Part shown: piece by piece, positions 20,524 to 31,773 of the stretch
How positions within the stretch are numbered: position 1 is the stretch's first letter
Layout: the number at the start of each line of letters is the position of its first letter
From: a virus
DNA length: 64,000 bases
Reading direction: 5' to 3' (one strand)
Virus record (IMG/VR): IMGVR_UViG_3300017565_000003
Program-made: the position numbers and the translations under genes
The notes under the pieces: model-generated
Databases searched by the model: none
The model's input: only the letters and a program-made list of their open reading frames with translations
Told to the model about the DNA's origin: nothing

Positions 20524-20689
20524 AGTCAATTTCTTAATTAGTGGTAATTATCTAATTGATGCAGAGAATGAAGAAAAGGCTAGAGACATTGTTAATGAGT
20601 TTATTAACGGTCGATGGAAAGAATTAGAGCTACTATTGCAAACTGGAATTAAAGATGATGATTATACAACTGACGTAATTGAAATTTAA
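20504..20689 (+). CDS. small hypothetical protein
   Basis: RBS GAGGAG; 61 aa. Confidence 0.55.
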   Translation: MSMKEYEVNFLISGNYLIDAENEEKARDIVNEFINGRWKELELLLQTGIKDDDYTTDVIEI

Positions 20690-20746
20690 ATAAAATTTAC
20701 ATTTTATCTTAACATAAATAAATTAAATTAATATGAGGTGATCGAT

Positions 20747-21469
20747 ATAAGATACTTTGGAGGAAAGGCTAGAATTGCAAAGCCTATAGTTGAATATTTA
20801 AAGTCGATTAGGGAAGAAGGTCAGCCATATATAGAACCATTTGTAGGTGGAGGTTGGGTAATGTCACTCATGGATGGCGAAAGAATTGCTTGTGACAAAC
20901 ATACATATTTAATTGCAATGTACAAAGAAATTCAAAATGGTTGGATTCCACCTACTAATCTTACAAAGGAAGAATATGAGTATATTAAAAATAACAGAGA
21001 TGAAAAACCGTATCTTACTGGATTCGTAGGTTTCGGCTGTAGTTTCGCAGGAAAATGGTTTGGTGGGTTTGCTTCAAGCAAAGATAGAAATTATTGTTTA
21101 AATGCTCATAACTCCATAATGAAGAAGATGGAAACAATGAAAGACGTTAAATTTTATGATTGTGATTATAAAGAAATAAACCCAAAAGGATTATTAATAT
21201 ATTGTGATCCTCCTTATCAGGGAACTACTCAGTATGGCTTAGTGGGAAACTTTGATTCAAATGAATTTTGGGATGTAGTAAGAGAATGGTCAAAAGATAA
21301 TATGGTGGTAGTTAGCGAATATAACGCACCAGAAGATTTTGTTGAAGTGTGGTCTAAAGATGTTAAAACAGATATAAGAAATAAAGATAATAAAAAAGAG
21401 CAACGTATTGAAAAATTATTCTTACATAAAAGTAATTTAAAACAAATTATACATAATGAAACTGCTTAA
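20747..21469 (+). CDS. Dam-like (D12 class) adenine methyltransferase, probable ATA start
   Basis: YFGGK, EPFVGGG, YCDPPY; the track GTG lies inside the RBS GAGGTGA. Confidence 0.85.
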   Translation: MRYFGGKARIAKPIVEYLKSIREEGQPYIEPFVGGGWVMSLMDGERIACDKHTYLIAMYKEIQNGWIPPTNLTKEEYEYIKNNRDEKPYLTGFVGFGCSFAGKWFGGFASSKDRNYCLNAHNSIMKKMETMKDVKFYDCDYKEINPKGLLIYCDPPYQGTTQYGLVGNFDSNEFWDVVREWSKDNMVVVSEYNAPEDFVEVWSKDVKTDIRNKDNKKEQRIEKLFLHKSNLKQIIHNETA

Positions 21470-21510
21470 AAGCTATATTATAATCAAAAATAAACTAAAT
21501 TATAAAGGGG

Positions 21511-22928
21511 ATGGATAACATGAACAAGTTCTCGATTGGCGAAAAGGTTGTGGTAACAGGTAAGGAAGGTATTGGGACAGTTAAAACTATTAAGAAAACA
21601 GAATTTATCAACGAGGATCTTAATGTAAGCACTTCGTATGAATACTTAGTACAAGTCGGTGAGTCCTGGAATAAAAAGTGGTATCAAGAATCAAATTTAA
21701 GTTATTATTTAAATGATGAAATCTCAGTAAATAAGGTATTAATTAACGTAAATTTATTACATAATTTAGAGTTTGCTAAACAATTAAAATATGAGAATGA
21801 TAAATTGGAGATAAAAAAGAATGCGAAAAGTTAAGTTAGAGCTACATAATCATAAAGGTGAAGTCGTCAGTGAAGATGAATTGGTTATTTCTGAAGGTGA
21901 TAAGATTATTGTTAGTGTAAATAAGGATGTTACTCAGAAGGAATTCACTGAAATACATAATATTGTTGATAAATTTCTTACAACAGATAGCAAATTACTT
22001 TCATTACAAAATTATGTAGAGCTGAAGATTTTAAAAGTAAAATAATCAACATGTATGTCTATATGTAGTGTCTAACTTAGTCACAACCACTATATATAGA
22101 CATAAAATTAACATAAAACGAGAGTTTTATTTAAAGGAGATTGATAGTATGAAATTCATTAAAAGTTCTGTCCCAGATGTAAAAGTAGAATCTGCCAACA
22201 GTGATACATTTGAAATTAAATCAATGCAATATTTAGACGAATCAGATGACAGAGTTTATTTAAAATGTGCCGAGTATGTAGAGCAGTTTAAAAGAGGATT
22301 TGTGTGTGACTTGGTGTGCGAATATGAAACTGTTAACGCCAATCAAGAGGATAGTGAAACACAAACTGATAACATTAGAGACTTAGTTTTAGTATACGTA
22401 AATAAAACATATGACAATGAATACGTACCAGTTTTTGAATACATATTTTTCAAATAGAACAGGAGGAAATTAGTGAAGAAGTATTTTGTAAGATGTTGCT
22501 CTCAGAACGATCAGAATATAACACTTAAAATTAAAGCTGAGAGTGAAGACGCAGCAAGGGATGAGGCATATAAAACATATAAAGTTAAGCAAGTATTTAA
22601 TATAAGCGAGGAAACACCAAAGGTTAATTGTGAATGGGGGAGAAAACACTCTTCTCCACATATTATCCAGCGTAAAGGTAAGTATTTGACGGTGTTTTGT
22701 TAATTTATTTGAAAGGGGTAAACTATGAAATCTTACATATCTGAGCATACAAAAGATTCACTTAAGCAGCAGACATCTGTTTCAATAGATTTAGTGGATG
22801 AATTAAGGCGAGCATTTGAAGAGGATAGAGAAGCGATAAAAGATAGTAAATGGCCTGAATACGAAGCATTTATAGATAAGATCCTGGTTAGACTTGAGCA
22901 ATTAAAAGCTGAATTGGAAGATATATAA
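21511..22928 (+). other. run of small hypothetical phage genes (21511-21834, 21821-22045, 22149-22457, 22473-22703, 22725-22928)
   Basis: Closely packed ORFs with RBSs; no recognisable motifs. Confidence 0.6.
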
Positions 22929-22933
22929 AATAA

Positions 22934-22986
22934 AAATAAATTTATCTAATTTAGGTATTTACATAAATAAAATTAACTGTTATATT
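22934..22986 (+). promoter_or_regulatory. sigma-A promoter (extended -10) plus operator
   Basis: AAATAAATTTATCT 22934-22947; TTTACA-17bp-TATATT with TG. Confidence 0.75.
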
Positions 22987-23423
22987 ATTAGTACAGACAG
23001 AAACAACCACGACAAGCTAATAAGAGAGTGAGATACAACACTCACTCTTACTACATACAAAGGGGATAGAGAGTTGCAAAACGTAGTGTTTGAAACTTGG
23101 GCTGTTGTTGGAATGGGATTAGGAGTCTTAGGGTTATGGGGATTAGGAACAATGTTCACTATGGCTATTTTAATAGCTGGCAGCAGAGCAGATGACTTGA
23201 TGTATGGGGAGGATCAATACAATGAACAATCATGAGAAAGTGTTAGAACTTAGACAACAAGAAAAAGAATTGATCAGGCAGCGAGATAATATAGAAGATA
23301 TGTTAGAGGAAATTTACTTTAGGATTGATAAGTTACAAGAAGAAACACAGCGTGAAAAGTTACATAATTGATTAAATGGTTTATCTCGAATATAATCTAA
23401 TATAAGAACAAATATTCGGGTAG

Positions 23424-24832
23424 GTGCTAAATGTGAAGGCGAACGTTCCAGATGAATACGAAGATACAGCTTATGAATATACATATAATAGGTTAATGGT
23501 TGATGTATTAAATAAGAAAATTGCTAGAGCTGAATCAGAAGGTAAAGACAGTTATAAGAATTGGCTAGAAGGTAAATTGAAACAAGTGTTAGCTGAACAA
23601 GGTGAGATGAGAAAGTTTCTAAAGGAACATAGGATCAAGGTAACTGAGATTGAAGAGGTTGATGATTTATTCGTAATGTATAAGATTTTTGTTCACAGTG
23701 AGAATGGTGGATATAAAGAAGGTCACCAGAAGATATGGCGAGCAGCATTAAAGAAAAGATTAGCTGATAAATTAAATGAGTTGTTGAGTTAGCATAAATA
23801 GAAACTTTACATTAAGGAGAGATGATGATGAGTGAGATAAATTTTATCAAAAGAAATGAAAATGGAAAGTTGGAAGTGAACAGAAATGAGTGGTCGATGT
23901 TCAGAAATGGTTTATTATCAATGGCTAGTAACGAAAGGGAATTAGAGTTTATCGGACAACTCGTGGAAGATTTACAAATGGAGTATGAAGAAAGATTAGA
24001 GGAATTTGAAGAATTGCTGTAATTTAGAAGCCAAGGAAATAGTTCATAAACAAACTTACCTACTTTGAAAGGTGGTGAGTGATACGAGTAGACTTAACAG
24101 GGTATGTATGGTTTGCACCGAATATATTGATGGTATTGTACATAGTTGTTTCTTTCCAGTTGATAAAAACGATAGATTAGAAGTCACAGGTCATGAGATG
24201 TGTTTGAGAAATACTATTAGTAGCTGGGATGGTAAGAAGCGTGGACTTGAGGAGACTAAGAGAGTGTTAGGATTGGAGGTTGAGTAGATGAGGTTGCAGT
24301 TAGATGATAGATATTCTATTAGTGCTGACAAGATGAATTTCACATTACATAGATTAGATGATGTTAAAGATAAAGAAACCGGTGAAGTAACTGGACAGAA
24401 GGAGAAGGATATTGGCTACTTTGGGTTACACCTGGATCATGCTTTAAAACGCTATGCAACTGAGAAGATTAGGGACACAGAAAATGTCAATGTTGATGAA
24501 TTGGTTAGTGTGTTAAAAGGCTTAGAAAGACACATTGAGCGAGTCGTTAAAAAAGAAAATATCTATTATGTTCCGAAGGAGGGGAAAGAGTGAGTTGGAT
24601 TGACAGAGACCTACAATCAAAACAGGTATTAGAATCGGATTTAAGCAACCGTGAAAGAGAATTAATTAAGCTGTATGTCAATTGTGCTATCAAAGAAAGA
24701 GTTAATCCTAAACGTTGGCAATACTTTGACGGTATTCAAACAGGGATAGCACAGACATTGAGGCTACTTGAAAGAGAAGATATATGGGATTTAATTGCTT
24801 ATGAATTTTCTTATCATGATGAATTAATATAA
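23424..24832 (+). other. run of small hypothetical phage genes (23424-23792, 23822-24022, 24072-24287, 24288-24593, 24590-24832)
   Basis: Closely packed ORFs; no recognisable motifs. Confidence 0.55.
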
Positions 24833-24875
24833 ATTTCGGTTTTTATCTTAAATAAATTTAATATGAGGTGATTAA

Positions 24876-25562
24876 ATGAGTAATCGTAAAGCAGAAGTGT
24901 TAAATAAGTATCTATACAATCTATCGCAGCTAGGATACACAAGAGATGATGAGAAAGTTAAAGCTATTATAAAAGAAATTGAAACTGAGATGGGATTATT
25001 GACAAATGATCCTTCTGATACAGTTGTTAAGGATAGTAGTAAAGCCTTAGTCATTGCGATAAAAGATTGTTCAGGATCAATGGGATTTTGGGAGAATAAT
25101 GTTGGCAAAGAATATTATGAATTAGCATTACGATCTTTGAAGGAAAAGTATGTTGATATAAAGGAAATTTTTATCAATCATTCAACAATCGCAAATGAAT
25201 CTGAAAAGGAGAAATTCTTTGTAAAATATGAATCAGGTGGAACCATTATGAGTTCTGGATTAAACGCTTTAGTTAATCATTTACATACAGATAGAGAAGT
25301 AATTGTCATTCAAATCTCTGATGGAGATAATTTAAGCTCAGATAATGGTAGATGTGTAAAATTACTTACTGATGAAATTCTTCCTAAAGTTAAATATTTT
25401 AAATACATAGAGACAAATCAATACAATAGACATTCTACTATTCTAAGTGTATCTGGATATAAGAAAATCGAAAACTTTGACAACTTCTCGAAGCTGATTA
25501 TTAAAGCTAAAGATGATGCATTAAAAGGTTTACGATTAGCAGAGGAAATTAATTCAATTTAA
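24876..25562 (+). CDS. YhbH/YeaH (DUF444)-like vWA-domain protein, C-terminal half only
   Basis: DCSGSMGFWE, FF..YESGGTI.SS, SDGDNLSSDNGRCVKL, NQYNRHST resemble the Bacillus YhbH C-terminus. Confidence 0.8.
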   Translation: MSNRKAEVLNKYLYNLSQLGYTRDDEKVKAIIKEIETEMGLLTNDPSDTVVKDSSKALVIAIKDCSGSMGFWENNVGKEYYELALRSLKEKYVDIKEIFINHSTIANESEKEKFFVKYESGGTIMSSGLNALVNHLHTDREVIVIQISDGDNLSSDNGRCVKLLTDEILPKVKYFKYIETNQYNRHSTILSVSGYKKIENFDNFSKLIIKAKDDALKGLRLAEEINSI

Positions 25563-25802
25563 TTAAAAGATTTACTATATGGAGAAATGAGGTGAGTAAT
25601 GAAGATGACCCTCGAAATATTAGTTGGAATTTTAGCTGTATTTTTCCTTTATATATTAATTGCTATCGTATGGCAGCAGGTTGAGTTAAAGTTTTATGGT
25701 AAAATAACACCTAGAAAACTGGATGATATTATTGCTATTATCTTGGCAATTTCACTATATTTTAATCTGAAATAAATCATAAAAATAAATTTAATTATTA
25801 TA

Positions 25803-25831
25803 TTTACAATAAATTAAACAAGTGTTATATT
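25803..25831 (+). promoter_or_regulatory. sigma-A promoter ahead of the nrd cluster
   Basis: TTTACA-17bp-TATATT with TG; degenerate operator-like repeats overlap. Confidence 0.7.
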
Positions 25832-25905
25832 AAGCCTACCACTTATAAGGAGGTGAGCAATAGTTTTATCGGACTAAAAATTAAATATTAAAGGGGAGAG
25901 AATAA

Positions 25906-26229
25906 GTGGGGAAAGTTAAAAAGTATGTTCCAAAAAGTTTCGTATATTCTGCCAGGGAAGTTACAGATGAAAAGGAAGCTATTTCACAGTATGGTTCAAT
26001 GCCAGTTTGCAGCGATGAAATGATACTTACTGATCTATACGGTAATGAACAACCTGAGTCAAAGGAACACTTACAAGAACGTTACATAGAAGTTGAAATC
26101 GAAGAGGATAAACTGAAAGTTGATAAGGATGAAATGGCCTATCAATATGCAAACTTTTACTTAAACAATACTGAAGATGAGTTATACATAAGCTTCCAGG
26201 AGGAAGTAAGAGAAAGAAATAACAAGTGA
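25906..26229 (+). CDS. hypothetical acidic protein
   Basis: RBS AAGGGGAG, GTG start. Confidence 0.6.
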   Translation: MGKVKKYVPKSFVYSAREVTDEKEAISQYGSMPVCSDEMILTDLYGNEQPESKEHLQERYIEVEIEEDKLKVDKDEMAYQYANFYLNNTEDELYISFQEEVRERNNK

Positions 26230-26307
26230 TGAGAGTTAGAATTGATTAGAATAGTTTATATAAGTAAACTAAACATATAAATATATTAGGAAAGAGTGTG
26301 AAGTAAG

Positions 26308-26529
26308 ATGATTAAAATGTACACTAAAACAGTTTGTCCTAAATGTATGGTAGCAAAAGCCTTTTTTACCAACAACGATGTGGATTTTGAAGTTGTTAAT
26401 TTAGATGAGGATCTAGAGTCTGCTGAAAAATTACGTAAATTAAACTTTATGGGTGTACCAATTGTTGAACATGAGGGTAAGTACTATACAAATACGGCTG
26501 AATTCCAGGAGCTTGTAGACAGTCTGTAA
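26308..26529 (+). CDS. nrdH: glutaredoxin-like NrdH
   Basis: CPKC; GVP; precedes nrdI. Confidence 0.85.
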   Translation: MIKMYTKTVCPKCMVAKAFFTNNDVDFEVVNLDEDLESAEKLRKLNFMGVPIVEHEGKYYTNTAEFQELVDSL

Positions 26530-26903
26530 TGATTGTTTATACATCTAGAACAGGAAACGTCAGGTATATAGAGAGTAAATTAAACTTACCTAGCTGTGAA
26601 ATACATGATGGTTTAGTAACGACTTACCCTTACTTTCTATTTACCTATACAGATGGACTAGGAGATATTCCAAAACATGTTGTTGAGTTTTTAAATATCA
26701 GCAACAATCAACAAAACTTAAAAGGAATTATTGTTTCTGGTAATACAAACTTCGGTGATTCTTTCTGTAAGCCTGCTGAAACAATTAGTAAGTGGTTCAA
26801 CATACCAATCATCAGAAAGATTGATCTAAGAGGGAACAAGGAAGATTTAACAGTCATTAGACAACAATACTACAAACTTATAGAGGTGAATGACAGTAGA
26901 TGA
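26529..26903 (+). CDS. nrdI: flavodoxin NrdI
   Basis: SRTGNV, TYTDGLG, SGNTNFG..FC. Confidence 0.92.
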   Translation: MIVYTSRTGNVRYIESKLNLPSCEIHDGLVTTYPYFLFTYTDGLGDIPKHVVEFLNISNNQQNLKGIIVSGNTNFGDSFCKPAETISKWFNIPIIRKIDLRGNKEDLTVIRQQYYKLIEVNDSR

Positions 26904-28993
26904 AAGAGTATTTAAAGTTAAACAATGAAGTTCTAAACACTTACTCATTAACTGGAAAGATTGATAGAGAAAAAGATGCTGAAGCAGCAAGACGTTATTT
27001 CTTAGATGAAATTAACATTAAAACTGTGTTCTTTCATAATTTAAAGGAAAAGTTGGATTATTTAGTTGAAGAAGGTTATTACGAAGAAGGATTTATAGAT
27101 AAATATGATTTCAAATTCATCAAGAAAATCTTTGACATTGCTTATAAATATAAGTTCCGTTTCCCAACGTTTATGAGTGCTTTTAAGTTTTATAACAACT
27201 ATGCACTTAAAACAAGAGATGGAAAGAACATTCTTGAACGTTATGAAGATCGAGTAGCTATTGTTGCACTATACTTGGCAAATGGTGATGAAAAGTTTGC
27301 TGAAAAATCAGTCCGTCATATGATGGAATCCTACCAGGCAGCAACTCCTACAACCCTTAACTGTGGTAAAAAAGCTCGTGGTGAGTTTGTATCTTGCTTT
27401 AAATTAATGGTTGATGACTCAATGAATAGTATTGCTCATAATATCGGAAATGCCTTACAGCTATCAAAACTAGGCGGTGGCGTGGGCATCTCACTTATCG
27501 ACCTAAGATGTGCTGGTGATCCAATTAAAGGTGTAGAAGATAGAGCGAGTGGCGTAATGCCTGTTGCTAAACTTCTTGAGAATAGTTTCAGTTATGCCAA
27601 TCAACTTGGAGCAAGGGCAGGATCAGGCGTGGTATGGTTAAACATTTTTCACGGTGATATCATCGACTTTTTATCAGCTAAGAAACCAAACGCAGATGAA
27701 AAGATTCGACTTGCAACATTATCAACTGGAATTGTTATACCTGACATATTCTTTAAATTAATGAAAGAAGATAAAGACATCTTCTTATTTAGCCCATATG
27801 ACATTCAAAAGAAATATGGGAAACGTATGTCTGAGTTGTTTATGTCAGATATTTATTATGAGTTACTAGATGATCCAAATGTACGTAAATTAAAGAAAAT
27901 CAATGCACGTAAATTATACACTGAAGTCAAGAAAACACAGATAGAATCAGGTTATCCTTTTGAAATGAATGAGCAGAATGTACATAAAGGTAATCCTCTA
28001 AATAAATTAGGAAAAGTAAAGATTTCTAATCTCTGTACGGAGGTGCTCCAGCTACAAGAGACTTCAGAGATTAACGATTATGATGAAGTTGATTTAATTG
28101 GTCAAGACGTATCATGTAACTTAGGTTCACTTGATATACATAATGCAGTAAAAACTAAAGACTTCGAAGACTTGATTGAAACATCAACTCGATTATTAAC
28201 TGCTGTTTCTGATATGACTAATATTTCAAATGTTCCTTCAGTAGCAAAAGGTAATGAAGAGATGCATTCAATTGGTCTTGGAGTTATGAATACTCATGGT
28301 CATTTAATGGCTAGCGATATTAGATACGGAAGCAAAGAATCGATTAACTTTATTGATGTGTTATTCTCTGCAATAAACTTCTATTCTATCAAAGCATCAA
28401 ACAAGATTGCTAAAGAAAGAGGAATTACATTTAAAGGCTTTGAAAAGTCTGATTATGCAACTGGTATTTATTTTGATCAGTACATTAATACTCCAATCGA
28501 AATTGAGTTTGATAAAGTAAAAAAAGCTTTAGGTAATGTTAAACCAATTACAACTGAACAATGGAAAGAACTTAAAGAGGATGTAATGAAACACGGTCTA
28601 TACCATTCATTTAGACTTTGTGTTGCTCCCACAGGATCGATTTCATACGTGAGATCAGCGACAGCCTCCCTCTCACCAATCACAGAGCGTGTTGAAGTTC
28701 GTGATTACGGTGACAGTAGAACAATCTATCCAATGCCATTCTTAACTGCTGATAACCATGAAGACTATAAAGAAGCATATGAGATGGATATGTATGAAAT
28801 GGTTGATTTATATTCAACTGCACAAAAACACGTTGATCAAGGATTAAGTATGACGTTGTATATTACAGATGAATGGGATACAGAGCGATTGACACGTTTA
28901 TATTATTATGCTTGGTTAAAAGGAATTAAAACAACCTATTATGTGAGACAACGAATGAGAACATTGGAGGAATGTGTTTCATGCTCAATTTAA
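26900..28993 (+). CDS. nrdE: class Ib ribonucleotide reductase alpha subunit
   Basis: VSCF, SNLCTE, VAPTGSIS, C-terminal CVSC. Confidence 0.96.
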   Translation: MKEYLKLNNEVLNTYSLTGKIDREKDAEAARRYFLDEINIKTVFFHNLKEKLDYLVEEGYYEEGFIDKYDFKFIKKIFDIAYKYKFRFPTFMSAFKFYNNYALKTRDGKNILERYEDRVAIVALYLANGDEKFAEKSVRHMMESYQAATPTTLNCGKKARGEFVSCFKLMVDDSMNSIAHNIGNALQLSKLGGGVGISLIDLRCAGDPIKGVEDRASGVMPVAKLLENSFSYANQLGARAGSGVVWLNIFHGDIIDFLSAKKPNADEKIRLATLSTGIVIPDIFFKLMKEDKDIFLFSPYDIQKKYGKRMSELFMSDIYYELLDDPNVRKLKKINARKLYTEVKKTQIESGYPFEMNEQNVHKGNPLNKLGKVKISNLCTEVLQLQETSEINDYDEVDLIGQDVSCNLGSLDIHNAVKTKDFEDLIETSTRLLTAVSDMTNISNVPSVAKGNEEMHSIGLGVMNTHGHLMASDIRYGSKESINFIDVLFSAINFYSIKASNKIAKERGITFKGFEKSDYATGIYFDQYINTPIEIEFDKVKKALGNVKPITTEQWKELKEDVMKHGLYHSFRLCVAPTGSISYVRSATASLSPITERVEVRDYGDSRTIYPMPFLTADNHEDYKEAYEMDMYEMVDLYSTAQKHVDQGLSMTLYITDEWDTERLTRLYYYAWLKGIKTTYYVRQRMRTLEECVSCSI

Positions 28994-29940
28994 AACAATA
29001 CGAGGGCATCAACTGGAATAGGCCTACAAGTGAATTAGCAGATGTATTTTGGAAACAACAAACTAAGCAATATTGGTTGGAAACGGAAATTCCGGTATCG
29101 AAAGACCTTCTTAAATGGAAGTCATTTGAGAATCAAGATACATATAGAAAAGTATTAGGTGGCTTAACGCTGCTTGATACTATTCAAACGAATATTGGGA
29201 TGAATGAAATTGTTAAACATTTAGATGACTTACAAGAGAAAGCAGTATTAACTTTCTTTGGTGCAATGGAAGCTATTCATGCTCGTAGTTATAGTTATAT
29301 ATTTACTACACTTTGTTCTAACCAGGAGATTGATGAAGTATTCCAATGGGTTAAGGAAAATGAATATCTACAATATAAGGCCAATAAAATTAGTGAGCAA
29401 TATAAGAGTATCACAGATAAAGAGTCTTTATGGAAAGCAATGTTCTCATCTGTATTACTAGAAAGTTTTTTATTCTACTCAGGATTCTTTTATCCGTTGT
29501 ATTTAGGTGGTCAGGGACTCTTAAAAAACAGCGCAGAGATAATTTCTCTAATTCTCAGAGATGAAAGTATCCATGGGGTTGCAGTTGGTTACTTTGCACA
29601 AAATATATTCAAAGAATTCAACAAAGAGAAGCAAGATGAGTTAAAGTTGTGGGGATATGAATTTCTTCTAGATCTATATGAGAATGAAATGAAATACACT
29701 GAAGATTTATATAGCAATGTCGGCTTATCATCAGAAGTTAAAAAGTATGTGAGATACAACGCCAACAAAGCGTTAGCAAACTTAGGCTTAGATAAAATGT
29801 TTGATGATGAAGTAATTGATCCAATTGTTATGAATGGTATTAGAACAGATAGCGTTACACACGACTTCTTTTCGCAGAAAGGAAATTCATATACAATTGC
29901 TAATGTAAAACCAATTACTGATGATACATTTAAGTTTTAA
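28972..29940 (+). CDS. nrdF: class Ib ribonucleotide reductase beta subunit
   Basis: LTLLDT, EAIHARSY, RDESIHG, HDFFS. Confidence 0.96.
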   Translation: MCFMLNLKQYEGINWNRPTSELADVFWKQQTKQYWLETEIPVSKDLLKWKSFENQDTYRKVLGGLTLLDTIQTNIGMNEIVKHLDDLQEKAVLTFFGAMEAIHARSYSYIFTTLCSNQEIDEVFQWVKENEYLQYKANKISEQYKSITDKESLWKAMFSSVLLESFLFYSGFFYPLYLGGQGLLKNSAEIISLILRDESIHGVAVGYFAQNIFKEFNKEKQDELKLWGYEFLLDLYENEMKYTEDLYSNVGLSSEVKKYVRYNANKALANLGLDKMFDDEVIDPIVMNGIRTDSVTHDFFSQKGNSYTIANVKPITDDTFKF

Positions 29941-30008
29941 TTATTATAAATAAATTTAATTGTATGTATAGAGGGCTTTAGTGTCCTCTATATTAAGGAG
30001 GACTGTTA

Positions 30009-30803
30009 TTGTATAAACTTTATACTACTAATGGATTTGAAGTATTAGTGGATAAGGATATTTATGAAAAATTCAAAGATAAGAAGTTAAACACATCTGG
30101 TAAATCTTCATCACCTTATGTACAGATATATAGAGATGGTAGAAAAATATCCTTGCATAGAATAATTATGAATGCTCCACCAGGTAAGGTAGTTGATCAT
30201 ATAAATCATAATACACTGGACAATAGGAGAGAGAATCTAAGGGTTTGTAGTAACTCAGAAAATTTAGCTAACGCTAGAAAGACTACAAATAGGAAAACAA
30301 CTTCCAAGTATAGAGGTGTATATTATGAAGAAGGTCTTAATGCTTGGGTATCGAGAGTTTACAAAGACGAAAAAAGAGTTTACTATGGGGTATTTAATAC
30401 AGAAGAATCGGCAGCAAATGCATTTAATTATTACCTACTTAAACATTACGGGGAATTTGCACATTTAAATGATGTTCCGTATATGAGTAAGGAAGAGTTT
30501 GAAAGAGAAAGACATATAAAACAAGTGGCTAGATATAAATCTCGATTCAAATATGTAAACTGGGATAAACAGCATGAAAAGTGGAGAGTAGTAGTTAGAC
30601 ACAAGAATGAAAGATTTCACCTAGGTAGGTACATTAATGACGTTGAATGTGCAATCCTTATAAATCAATTTTACATACATAATAACTTAATTGAACTATC
30701 TAAAAAGGATATTGTACCAAAGGAATTAAATATTCTTACAGAAGAAGAACTTGCAACCGTTAATGATGAATTGAAGGAAAAATACTTAAAGCAAATTACA
30801 TAA
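30009..30803 (+). CDS. HNH-AP2 homing endonuclease (two AP2 domains)
   Basis: LHR..VDHINHNTLDNRRENLR; SKYRGV..W and SRFKYV.W AP2 repeats. Confidence 0.88.
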   Translation: MYKLYTTNGFEVLVDKDIYEKFKDKKLNTSGKSSSPYVQIYRDGRKISLHRIIMNAPPGKVVDHINHNTLDNRRENLRVCSNSENLANARKTTNRKTTSKYRGVYYEEGLNAWVSRVYKDEKRVYYGVFNTEESAANAFNYYLLKHYGEFAHLNDVPYMSKEEFERERHIKQVARYKSRFKYVNWDKQHEKWRVVVRHKNERFHLGRYINDVECAILINQFYIHNNLIELSKKDIVPKELNILTEEELATVNDELKEKYLKQIT

Positions 30804-30830
30804 ATAAACTAATCACAAAGGAGACTACAT

Positions 30831-31448
30831 ATGACATATAACAAAATGGATGAACAAATTATCGTAAGTCCTAGATCAACAACATTCTCAAACGAACAAT
30901 TAACATTCCAAGGTGTAAATAGTGATCCTACATCAACTCAACAAATCGTTGCTAATATGGCTTCTGACTATTCAGTGATGCGTAGAGGAGATGCAGAAGA
31001 TAATCCTGAATATAAGCAACCTATCCCTTATTGTGTAATTAAACAAGGTGGTAAAGTATTCGGATATAAACGTTTATCTGGTGGAGGAGAAACACGTTTA
31101 CACAATCAAATCTCATTAGGTGTAGGTGGACATACAAATGATATAAAGGGTTTAGATTTCTATGGTATTATCTCGGAAAATCTTAAACGTGAACTAGATG
31201 AAGAACTTCACATTAACCAGGATAAAATCACTTTACATACCATTGGTTTAATCAATGACGATGAAAATGAAGTAGGTCGTGTACATATTGGAATGTTAGT
31301 TGTAGCTGAGTTAGATGAAGGGGAAACTGTTTCAGTTAAAGAAACTGATCAGCTAGAAGGCGTTTGGTTTACTGTTGATAAGTTAAAGCAGCCAGAAGTA
31401 TTTGAGTCACTTGAAACATGGTCACAGTTTGTAGTAGATATCTTATAA
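30831..31448 (+). CDS. YmaB-like NUDIX-fold phosphoesterase
   Basis: RRGDAE..YKQPIPY, GETRLH..SLGVGGH, RELDEE, NEVGRVH; ymaB follows nrdF in Bacillus. Confidence 0.8.
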   Translation: MTYNKMDEQIIVSPRSTTFSNEQLTFQGVNSDPTSTQQIVANMASDYSVMRRGDAEDNPEYKQPIPYCVIKQGGKVFGYKRLSGGGETRLHNQISLGVGGHTNDIKGLDFYGIISENLKRELDEELHINQDKITLHTIGLINDDENEVGRVHIGMLVVAELDEGETVSVKETDQLEGVWFTVDKLKQPEVFESLETWSQFVVDIL

Positions 31449-31464
31449 AAAGGAGAGATTAATA

Positions 31465-31710
31465 ATGTTCCGAGTTGAAAAACAACTAGACAATCAAATC
31501 ACTATCACACTTAATTCAGAATCAACTTTAACACTACATAGCATCCTAGAATACTTCACACGAGCTGACGATATCGAGGATAAAGCAAATGACACTGAGC
31601 TTAATATGGCTAACACTCTGTCAGAGGAATTATTATATTACATCAAAGATAATCTTAGTGAACAGATTGATTCTGAAGTAATCCAATATATTAACGATTC
31701 ATACAAGTAA
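31465..31710 (+). CDS. hypothetical protein
   Basis: RBS AAGGAG; 81 aa. Confidence 0.55.
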   Translation: MFRVEKQLDNQITITLNSESTLTLHSILEYFTRADDIEDKANDTELNMANTLSEELLYYIKDNLSEQIDSEVIQYINDSYK

Positions 31711-31773
31711 ACTATACATACTGAGAAGGGGTTAATATTTCTCCTTCTCTTTTCAAATGAAAGGGGATAAGGA

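Noticed and set aside
22068-22148. N-terminal extension of ORF 22068..22457
   Set aside because: Runs through a hairpin and a junction site; the RBS supports ATG 22149
26900-29940. Introns or intein in nrdE/nrdF as in SPbeta
   Set aside because: Both frames are continuous and of normal length
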